The position numbers were made by a program, and so were the translations under genes. A stretch of 20,009 bases of DNA from an uncultured Victivallales bacterium (lineage in GTDB: Bacteria > Verrucomicrobiota > Kiritimatiellia > UBA8416 > JADHWI01), in assembly GCA_964544115.1 (NCBI GenBank), contig CAZJBP010000027.1, positions 1 through 20,009 of the forward strand. The letters run 5' to 3'. Below, piece by piece: positions 6,956 to 14,153 of the stretch (position 1 is the stretch's first letter; each line of letters starts with the position of its first letter). The notes beneath the pieces were generated by a model. It searched no databases, was not told the origin of the DNA, and was given only the letters and a program-made list of their open reading frames with translations.

Positions 6956-7270
6956 GTGATACGGCATACGACATCGAGGACTGACATCCAAGCCCCCTCT
7001 GACGCATTCCGAGTTCCCGGCCGGGTCGGTTTCCATCGGTTCGACCTCGTGTCCGACATGTCGGGCAGAAACCTGCGTATGGTGTGGCGCGATGAGATGC
7101 CCAAGGACAAGCCTTGGGCGTGGTTAAGTGAATACATCCAGGCGCGGAATCAAGCGCTACAAGAACTAGCCGACATTACGCATACCGGCCAGAACATAGT
7201 GACAGGCATTCACGGCGAACCCGTAGCGTTCCACTCGATGCAGTGCCGGATTGGGGGGCGTCATGTCTAA
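6956..7270 (+). CDS. Hypothetical small protein, 104 aa (GTG start). It is translationally coupled to the primase gene.
   Basis: GGAGG lies 9 nt upstream of the GTG at 6956. The stop overlaps the primase ATG (7263) by 8 nt. I recognise no domain. Alternative internal starts are possible. Confidence 0.45.
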   Translation: MIRHTTSRTDIQAPSDAFRVPGRVGFHRFDLVSDMSGRNLRMVWRDEMPKDKPWAWLSEYIQARNQALQELADITHTGQNIVTGIHGEPVAFHSMQCRIGGRHV

Positions 7271-9623
7271 ACGGTTCCCGTGGGAAAGGCCCGATACCCC
7301 AAACCAACCCGAACCCACCCATCAGGACGACCCGCCGCCGAAGTCGGAAGCGGACGTGGGCAACGCAGGGCCACACTCTGCCGCGTCCAGCGGGGTGGTG
7401 GGTGACATCGCTCAGGCGATGCAGGGCGCACGCCCAGTCTGGCGGGACGCTCCGTTGGCCCCCTCTAGTGCTCCGCAAGGAAGGGAGTCATTGGATCCGC
7501 TGCGCGCAGCCATTGATAAGGACCGCAATCGCCTGTGTGATGAACTGGACATGCAACCTGACGGCAAACGATGGTTTTGTCCGAAATGTCAGCGTGACCC
7601 GCGCCGACATGCCGATGGTGACTTCTCTACGGAAGCGGGTTTCAGGTGCCACAAGGGCGGATGCGGCTGGTCAGGCGATGGGTTCGATCTGGTGCGGCTA
7701 GTCCGAGGGTGTGACTTTCCAACGGGTGTCGCATTCGTGCGCAAGGTGTATGGCATACCTGCTGGAACTGGTCCGGCAGTTGCGCCGCTGCCACCGCCGC
7801 CAAAGACGGTGAAGGTGTACTTGGACCATGATGCCGCTGCGAAGGCCGCCCACCGGGCTGTGTGTGCGGACAACACCCAGGACTGGAAGGAAACTCGCCG
7901 GGACTTCTATTGCGACGCTAGCGGGCGCAACGTGGCCGCCGTGTTGCGCTTTGACGGGACCAACAAGGACGGAAAGCCAGCCAAGAGTTACCGCCCCATT
8001 CATGCCGTGGCAGGTGGGTGGGCGATGGGCGATCCGCCGGGCAAGTGGCCGCTCTTCAAGCTACCGGAGATCATGTCGAGCAGCGGGCCGGTCTACGTCT
8101 GCGAGGGTGAAAAGGCGGCATCTGCCGGCCTGGCTATCGGGTTGACGTGTACGACGTCTGCGCACGGCGCGCAGTCGCCGAAGAAGACAGACTGGGGCCC
8201 GTTGGCCGGGCGTGACGTTGTGATCCTGCCGGACAACGACGATGCCGGAAGCCGCTATGCTGACGCAGTGGTGGAGATTGTGCGCGCCGTTGGCGTGCGG
8301 TCTGTCAGAATCGTTAAGCTTCCGCAGCTTCCGCCGAAGGGCGACCTGTTCGATTTTGTCGAGCAACAGGCAGGCAAGCCGCACGAAGAGGTCAGGTCGG
8401 CTGTCGAAGCCCTGGCGACGGTAGAAGCCGAAGCTACTGCGCAGACCGAACATCAGGAGGACCTGGGAGGGGGTGCTCGGCCATACAGCACACGGTCATG
8501 GGGTGAGATTATCAGCCTTGATTTGCCCCCGCCCGACTGGTTCTGGGGGGCGTGCTTTGCTCTGGGCTACGGCCGTGTCCGCGTACAGGTGATCTTTGGG
8601 CAGGGGGGACTTGGAAAGTCCCGAATATCAATGAACCTTGCCCGCAACCAGGTTCTTGGGTTGCCCTTCGGGGGCATGACGACAGGGACCCGACCATTGC
8701 GGCACTTGTTCATGGGCACAGAGAACGGGATTCATCGCCTTCAGTATGACATCCAACGTATGTCTGAGGGGTTGACCGATGACCAGAAGGCAGCGCTGGA
8801 CAACTATGTCTTCCTGGCAACGCTTGAAGCCCCTGACGATGGTTTCGTGATGCTGGCGGACGAAGATAACCGCGCGCGTTGGCGCGACACTGTTGAGAAG
8901 CGCCGGCCAGATGTGCTCTGGGTTGACCCATGGGGCGACGTGCAGGCAGGGGATGCGAACGCGGATGCCGATGCCCGATGGACGCTGACCGAGCTCGCCC
9001 GCATCCTCGGAGCCATCAACCCAGGGGCGGCCCTTGTCATCCTGGCCCATGCCCGGACCGGGGCCAAGAACATCATGGAGGCCCTCGGGTATGCCGCCGC
9101 GAATTTCGGCAAGGGGAGCAAGGCCCTCTTCTCGTCAGCCCGCTGTGTCTTCAACCTGGCCCCTGGCAGCGAAGTCGAGAACCCTCCAGTCTTGGTGGCC
9201 TGCGCCAAGTCCAACGACGGCCGCCGCCCCGCACCGTTCGCCCTAGTCCTCGACACTGAGACAATGACATACAGCGTGGACCCGGACTTCGATGCCGACG
9301 CTTGGGCTGCCGACATCCTCGACCTCGCCAACGGGAAGAAGCGGGCGAAATCGAAGCCTCAGAGGCTGTCGGAGACTGAGGCCTTGGCGATGTTGGGGTC
9401 CGAGACGGACACGAAGACCGGTATCATGCAGCGGCTGAAGGACAAAGGATTGACCCGGGACGATGCCTACGACCTGGTGCAGCGCCTTGTTTCGTCCCAT
9501 AAGTGGGAGCAATGGCGTCAACCGGGAAAGAACATGCCCACGTACATAGGGACGGGCTTGGCAGTCAAAGCGCGCATGGCGCAGTGGGGGAAGGACAATC
9601 AGCCGGAACTCCCCGCCGCATGA
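7263..9623 (+). CDS. DNA primase, phage/plasmid type, 786 aa. It has a CHC2 zinc finger, a Toprim domain, a Walker-A NTPase (AAA_25/RepA-like) and a C-terminal HTH-like tail.
   Basis: The zinc finger is WFCPKCQRDPRRHADGDFSTEAGFRCHKGGCGWSGDGFDLV (aa 104-144, about 7572-7694). The Toprim is intact: VYVCEGEKAASAGL ... VVILPDNDDAGSRYADAV (aa 276-337, about 8088-8273). Walker A GQGGLGKS is at aa 446-453 (8598-8621), verified on the DNA. The ATG at 7263 follows GGGGGG. The track's TTG at 7251 is less likely. Confidence 0.9.
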   Translation: MSKRFPWERPDTPNQPEPTHQDDPPPKSEADVGNAGPHSAASSGVVGDIAQAMQGARPVWRDAPLAPSSAPQGRESLDPLRAAIDKDRNRLCDELDMQPDGKRWFCPKCQRDPRRHADGDFSTEAGFRCHKGGCGWSGDGFDLVRLVRGCDFPTGVAFVRKVYGIPAGTGPAVAPLPPPPKTVKVYLDHDAAAKAAHRAVCADNTQDWKETRRDFYCDASGRNVAAVLRFDGTNKDGKPAKSYRPIHAVAGGWAMGDPPGKWPLFKLPEIMSSSGPVYVCEGEKAASAGLAIGLTCTTSAHGAQSPKKTDWGPLAGRDVVILPDNDDAGSRYADAVVEIVRAVGVRSVRIVKLPQLPPKGDLFDFVEQQAGKPHEEVRSAVEALATVEAEATAQTEHQEDLGGGARPYSTRSWGEIISLDLPPPDWFWGACFALGYGRVRVQVIFGQGGLGKSRISMNLARNQVLGLPFGGMTTGTRPLRHLFMGTENGIHRLQYDIQRMSEGLTDDQKAALDNYVFLATLEAPDDGFVMLADEDNRARWRDTVEKRRPDVLWVDPWGDVQAGDANADADARWTLTELARILGAINPGAALVILAHARTGAKNIMEALGYAAANFGKGSKALFSSARCVFNLAPGSEVENPPVLVACAKSNDGRRPAPFALVLDTETMTYSVDPDFDADAWAADILDLANGKKRAKSKPQRLSETEALAMLGSETDTKTGIMQRLKDKGLTRDDAYDLVQRLVSSHKWEQWRQPGKNMPTYIGTGLAVKARMAQWGKDNQPELPAA

Positions 9624-9671
9624 CCCCCGGAGACTTCCTATGGCTTTCGGAGAGTTGCGGGAAATCGTGTC

Positions 9672-9719
9672 ATGACTTCCCCCCCCGGCTCCCTACTATA
9701 GGGAGCCGGGGGAAGTCAT
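9672..9719. repeat. Long imperfect inverted repeat or hairpin. The arms are ATGACTTCCCCC(CC)GGCTCCCTA and TAGGGAGCCGGGGGAAGTCAT, giving a 21-bp stem with a 2-nt C bulge and a 3-nt loop. A third GACTTCC copy lies at 9632-9638.
   Basis: Read directly. It is located 49 bp after the primase stop and 313 bp before the convergent integrase stop. No T-tract follows on either strand. Confidence 0.8.
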
Positions 9720-10032
9720 AGGGGCAAGTCGGGGGTGGATAGGTCGGCCCGGCACCTGTTCACTGGTGCTGCCGGGGGTAGCGCGAACGCTATGGGGTCG
9801 CGCGCGCGCGAGGGTGATGAGGTGTGTGCACCCAAAGACCGAAGGGCACCTTCGTGCTGGCCCACGCCCATTCTGCCCTCTCGCCAATGGCCGGCCATAC
9901 GCTCTTCGGCCTACCTGCGCCCGGTGATCCGCTCGGCTGGGTGTGGGTGGCCCCGATGGGGCTGTCCCGAGGCGGTGCGGGGGCCGGTGTCCTCGAACGC
10001 CGGGCCCGCCTCGCCAATTCTGGCCTGCGACA

Positions 10033-11520
10033 TTACCCGGCCAGCAGTGCGGTCCGGACCTTCGCAGCGTTCTTCGACGTGAGGGTCTCGGCCAGCTCGC
10101 GTGCCCAGTCGGGGAGGGGGGCGCGCTCCGGCGTCCGTGCGTCGGCGTCGACGCTCAGTACGGCCGGCAGAGCGGCGATGGCCCGCGCGGCCTCCAGTTC
10201 GCCGACATGGCTATAGTGGCGTGTCATCGAGGGGTTACTGTGGCCGACGATGCTCTCAACGACGGACAGCGGGGCGTTTGCCTGGCGGCAGAGACTCACG
10301 AACGAATGCCGCAGGGAGTGGAAGCCGCATGCTATCACGGCTCGCTTGCCGGTCGGCTCCAATTCCACGTTGCCCTTCTCGGTCATGACCGGCGCACCGT
10401 CGTCCTTCCGCTTGATTTGGGTGCCCGTTCCTGGGGCGTGGCATTCAATACCGCAGTTCCAGAACAGACGTTGTATCCGGCGCGTCAGCACATCGGCGCC
10501 CTTGACCGCGTAGACGGCGGCAGTCGCAGGCATCACATACTCGCCCCGTCTGACCGCGTACGCCTCTGCCAGCATGCCGGCGAGGTCACTGAACAACGGA
10601 ACGATGACCGGCTTCCCGCTGCTCCGGGCGGTCTTGTTCGGCACGCGGACGATGCGGCCCCGGGGTAAATCAACTTCCGTCCACTTGAGGGTGGCGCAAT
10701 CGCCCAGGCGAAGCCCGGTGTAGATGCCCAGGGCAAACAACAGCCTCGTTTCGCCCGCGGCCGCCGAGACGATGCGCCGCAGTTCCTCGGTCGTCAGTTC
10801 ACGCCGACTGGCCGACAGCTGCTTCCGTCGGGCGATCCGATCCCAGGGGTTAGACGAGATCCCAGCCGCATCGTCTTGGCTCAGGATGCGGAACACGAGT
10901 AGCAGGAGCCCGATGTGCTTGTTGAACGTGTTGGCCGACACCTTGTTGGCCAACAGGTCAGCAGCGTATTCCTGTGCGATCTTAGGCGAAACATCGGCCA
11001 CGGTGCCCGCCGTGGGGTGCGCCGTCGCGATCCACTGCGCGAATCGCTGCCACTGAAAGCCGTACTGCCGCAGCGTCGCCTTGCCGGCGTCTGGCCGGGT
11101 TGGGCTTTCCTCGTACCGCTTCCAAGCGTCCGCGATCCGCAACCCGGGGCGGGCGGCGTCAGTGGCGGCTTCGAGACGTTGCTCCGCCGTTTGCAACCGG
11201 GAGAGGATTTGGCGCTGCGCTTCGGCCGCGTCCTTCGCCATGAAGGGCGCCAGCATGACTCTACGGGCGGCCTCGGCCTGCGCGTGGTCGGTGATCGGTT
11301 CGCCCTTTGCGTCCTTGAGTGGAGCGCGGACGCGGGTCCTCTCTGCTTCCCCGGTCTTCTGGTTCTTGGCCTCAATCGTGTAGGCAAGCCAGTAGGCGCC
11401 CGCGCCGTTCCAGTCGGCCGGGTGCTCATGGCCGGACGCATCTCGCTTATAGAGTCGCCCTGATCCACGCGGAGCCCGCTGCTTGCGCTCGCCGTCGGCC
11501 TTGTTACGATGCTTCCCCAT
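10033..11520 (-). CDS. Tyrosine integrase, 496 aa, phage/ICE type with a long N-terminal arm-binding region.
   Basis: The ATG at 11520 gives MGKHRNKADGERKQRAPRGSGRLYKRDASGHEH. The catalytic region is GLRLGDCATLKW ... ACGFHSLRHSFVSLCRQANAPLSVVESIVGHSNPSMTRHYSHV. The track's 635-aa version extends through noncoding leader and over the tRNA fragment. Confidence 0.9.
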   Translation of the reverse strand: MGKHRNKADGERKQRAPRGSGRLYKRDASGHEHPADWNGAGAYWLAYTIEAKNQKTGEAERTRVRAPLKDAKGEPITDHAQAEAARRVMLAPFMAKDAAEAQRQILSRLQTAEQRLEAATDAARPGLRIADAWKRYEESPTRPDAGKATLRQYGFQWQRFAQWIATAHPTAGTVADVSPKIAQEYAADLLANKVSANTFNKHIGLLLLVFRILSQDDAAGISSNPWDRIARRKQLSASRRELTTEELRRIVSAAAGETRLLFALGIYTGLRLGDCATLKWTEVDLPRGRIVRVPNKTARSSGKPVIVPLFSDLAGMLAEAYAVRRGEYVMPATAAVYAVKGADVLTRRIQRLFWNCGIECHAPGTGTQIKRKDDGAPVMTEKGNVELEPTGKRAVIACGFHSLRHSFVSLCRQANAPLSVVESIVGHSNPSMTRHYSHVGELEAARAIAALPAVLSVDADARTPERAPLPDWARELAETLTSKNAAKVRTALLAG

Positions 11521-11685
11521 GACCGCCCCCTTGCGTTGAGTCGTTTGCGTCCTTACCTGTCGCGAACGGTACGCAAGAGCGGGGTGGTCTGTCAATGTAA
11601 ACCACAAACGGACACAGGAACTGTTGTAAGTAACTGCAAGGCAACAGGCCGCAGCAGACTCAAAATCTGCCGCCCGCAAGGGCAT

Positions 11686-11713
11686 GGGGGTTCGACCCCC
11701 CCCTCCGGCACCA
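11686..11713 (+). other. tRNA 3'-end fragment (a T-arm GGGGG-TTCGACC-CCCCC, the acceptor 3' strand CTCCGGC, discriminator A, CCA). No 5' half is present, so it is a candidate att core or direct repeat marking the island boundary.
   Basis: GGGGGTTCGACCCCCCCCTCCGGCACCA was read directly. I searched about 100 nt upstream for a complementary acceptor 5' strand (GCCGGAG-like) and an anticodon stem and found none. The integrase start is 166 bp away. Confidence 0.55.
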
Positions 11714-11833
11714 GTCTTTGCCTGCAGCGCAGCATGGGGAAAGTGCTGTCCGTAGCCGTCGTGTAGGCGGGCCGAGCTGGCGGCGTTCGGCAGGCGAGAA
11801 CCCACGCGCGATCCACAGCGACGGCGGATCGCG

Positions 11834-12412
11834 TCACGGGCTCGGAGCGCTGCCAGAGTTGGGGCCGGCCTGCCCTGTGGACGACGTTGGCAATCCCGCG
11901 CGGTGCCACACGCGCCCGTGCACATCGGTCCGTTGCGCATCGTTCAGGTATGCCTCCCTCAGGTTCGCCCCGACCAGGTAAGCCCCGCTCAAATTCGCCC
12001 CGCTTAGGTCTGCACCGGTCAGGTCCGCCCAGTTAAGGTACGCCTCGGCAAGGTTTGCCCCGGTCAAATCCGCACCTCTCAGGTGCGCGCCGATCAGGTC
12101 TGCGCCGATCAAATTGGCCCCTCTCAGGTTCGTCCTGCTCAGGTCCGCCTCGGTCAGATCCGCCCCGGTCAGATCTGTCCCGCTCAGGTTTGTCCCGCTC
12201 AGGTTCGCCCCGGTCAGGTACGCGCCAGTCAGGTTCGCCCAGTTCATGCAGGCTTCGGTCAGATTCGCCTCGCTCAAATCCGCGCCTCTCAGGTTCGCCC
12301 AACTTAGGTCCGCCCCCTTCAGGTCCGGCGTCAAAGAAGGGGTTGCTTGCCGCCACGCATTCCACGCAACAGAGCCCTTCTTCAGGATTGCGAGTTGCTC
12401 AGCCTTTGCCAT
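11834..12412 (-). CDS. Pentapeptide-repeat protein, 192 aa.
   Basis: The protein has about 30 tandem A(D/N)L(S/T/R)x pentapeptides: ADLSWANLRGADLSEANLTEACMNWANLTGAYLTGANLSGTNLSGTDLTGADLTEADLSRTNLRGANLIGADL... The ATG at 12412 and the TGA at 11834-11836 were verified. Confidence 0.85.
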   Translation of the reverse strand: MAKAEQLAILKKGSVAWNAWRQATPSLTPDLKGADLSWANLRGADLSEANLTEACMNWANLTGAYLTGANLSGTNLSGTDLTGADLTEADLSRTNLRGANLIGADLIGAHLRGADLTGANLAEAYLNWADLTGADLSGANLSGAYLVGANLREAYLNDAQRTDVHGRVWHRAGLPTSSTGQAGPNSGSAPSP

Positions 12413-12674
12413 TGCCGCTCTCCCTTCCTACCGTTGTGCCGGTACGCAGATCACGCGCCCCCCCTGAGAATGACGAGACGCTACCAGAGGGCGCGGTCGA
12501 GGGCAAGTCGCAGTCGCGACGGACTGAATGCATAGCCTTAGAGGGCGACCCGGGGAGTGGACAACGACACAAGCGGTCGACGCCAAAGTGTATGTCTAAT
12601 GCCCGACGCTGCTCGCAAGGGATCGCGGGCTTAGCCTGCGGATCGGCACCTCGCCTTGCTGTGTCGCGGCGCGG

Positions 12675-12703
12675 TTGACATGCCCCCCCCGATGGTCTAG
12701 CGT
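12675..12703 (+). promoter_or_regulatory. Promoter-like TTGACA, a 17-bp spacer containing a C8 homopolymer (12683-12690), then TAGCGT. It is oriented toward the DUF4114 gene.
   Basis: Read directly. It is 227 bp upstream of the ATG at 12930. Calling it a promoter is inference; the -10 is weak. Confidence 0.3.
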
Positions 12704-12929
12704 GCCTTCAGATGGGTCCTGATGCCGTGACGGTGACTAGCCAGGTGAACTCGCCCGAGAAGACGGCTATGGGCCACTTGTCGCAGCACGGGTCGGCCAC
12801 TACCCTTTGAACGCGCTGTATAGTCAACCGGATCGCGGGCCTGACGGCACTGGCGTCCCATGGGGCCGCAAGGCTACTGGCGATGCAGGCTGCAGGCCTT
12901 TAGAAGGATGACGTGCAGGGGGAGCACAC

Positions 12930-14024
12930 ATGCGACAACGAAATAGATGCATCCTCATTGCCCTGCTAGCGGCGGCCTTATCAGGCGCAGCTTATCAGGT
13001 CCTGCCCGCCCGCAGCCTCCGTAACCATGACACAACGCCACCCGGTCCTAACGACTCTTCATCCGCGTTGAGACTGGAACAAGGTCAAGAGGCAGGGGTG
13101 GAGGGCGAAGCATCCGCGCGGTCAATGGGTCCAGAAGGCGTGCCCGGTTCTGAACGGGGTACAGGCGGCACCAAGAAGGACAATGCCGTCATGTCGTCCA
13201 AGGCTTCGAAGGGGGTGCACAAGGGCCTCTTGAGGAGAAGAACATCCAGCACCATTGAACCGGCGTTCGACGACGTGGTCACCAAGAGCCTGATGACAAC
13301 GTCCAGCGTGGCGCCAGGCGTCCAGGCGGAAGGAATCGATCCGTCTGCTCGCGTTCAGGCTCTGGTGCGCCCGTTCGACCTTGATGTGATTGCGCCCGTT
13401 CAAGCGACGGGATCCGACCCGTCCAGTGAAGAGTTCGCCATGGGCTCGTTGCCGGACCTCCTGGACTATATTGAATCGAACGTCGTGTACTGCGACTCGA
13501 ATGAGGAGAAGTCCACCGAAGCGTCGTTGACCAATCTCACGCTCGCGGCCGCATCGCCGATTAGGGTGTATTTCGTAGCCGATGACGCCCTCTACCACAA
13601 CTCGATCGGCCTGTTTACTGCGGAGTCGGCTGACGGCGAAATGGTGCCTGAACTTGTGTTTCCCGATGCATCGTCCGCCTACAGCTATTACAAGAATGTG
13701 AAGGACAAGACGCCGACGGCCGACTTGCCTCTGGTGCCCGGGGATTTCGTGGACATCGGTTTAGCGGAAGCCGGCAGCTCCCTCGATCTGTTTGTTATTC
13801 CGGACGGGGCCAGGCAGGGCCAGGAGGCCTATGGCATTACAAAGGAACTGAACGCGGACAAGCTGTCTCATGCGCGGATTCTCGGCGTGGTTGGCGATTC
13901 CATGATCCTGGTCGGGTTTGAAGATCTAACCGATGGCGGGGATCGGGATTACGACGATGTCATTCTCGCCGTCGAGGTCGGCAAGGAAAACGTCCGGTCG
14001 ATATCAGCCCGCCTCGGCTTGTAA
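12930..14024 (+). CDS. Secreted protein with a C-terminal DUF4114-like domain, 364 aa. GC is lower at about 55-60%.
   Basis: The N-terminal signal peptide is MRQRNRCILIALLAAALSGAAYQ. The C-terminal motif ILVGFEDLTDGGDRDYDDVILAVEV matches the DUF4114 GFED...GGDxDxND signature as I recall it. GGGGGAG lies 7 nt upstream of the ATG. Confidence 0.75.
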   Translation: MRQRNRCILIALLAAALSGAAYQVLPARSLRNHDTTPPGPNDSSSALRLEQGQEAGVEGEASARSMGPEGVPGSERGTGGTKKDNAVMSSKASKGVHKGLLRRRTSSTIEPAFDDVVTKSLMTTSSVAPGVQAEGIDPSARVQALVRPFDLDVIAPVQATGSDPSSEEFAMGSLPDLLDYIESNVVYCDSNEEKSTEASLTNLTLAAASPIRVYFVADDALYHNSIGLFTAESADGEMVPELVFPDASSAYSYYKNVKDKTPTADLPLVPGDFVDIGLAEAGSSLDLFVIPDGARQGQEAYGITKELNADKLSHARILGVVGDSMILVGFEDLTDGGDRDYDDVILAVEVGKENVRSISARLGL

Positions 14025-14153
14025 GTGCGCCCCTTTCCCGTTGCGTGGCCTTCGTGGTGTTTCATCTTTCCTGCCCAGCCCTCGCGTGTTAGAAGCTCAC
14101 TCGTACTGTGAGGTGCGCGCGCAGTCCAGCGTCGAAGGGGTGTGTCTTCCGTG

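Larger units (their letters stand above)
1..11713. mobile_element. Integrated element(s) ending at the tRNA-fragment att core. The contents are three tyrosine recombinases, two primase-type replication proteins, Xis/XRE regulators and orphan cargo. The left end lies beyond the window.
   Basis: The call rests on gene content plus the orientation of the tRNA fragment. A + strand 3' fragment places the element at lower coordinates. There is also a GC drop to about 50-62% across 4700-9700, against about 70% elsewhere. Confidence 0.55.

Noticed and set aside
9800-9812. (GC)n alternating tract gcgcgcgcgcgag.
   Set aside because: It is short and sits in a 70% GC spacer. It is most likely compositional, and I can support no function.
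11625-11713. Possible intact tRNA or tmRNA gene ending at 11713.
   Set aside because: There is no complementary acceptor 5' strand and no anticodon stem in the preceding 100 nt. Positions 3:70 would be C:G rather than the G:U needed for a tmRNA/Ala acceptor. Only the 3' terminal 28 nt are tRNA-like.
10033-11940. 635-aa version of the integrase ORF (upstream extension to 11940).
   Set aside because: The extension is Arg/Gly/Ala-rich and junk-like, and it reads through the tRNA 3' fragment. The ATG at 11520 gives a typical integrase N-terminus.
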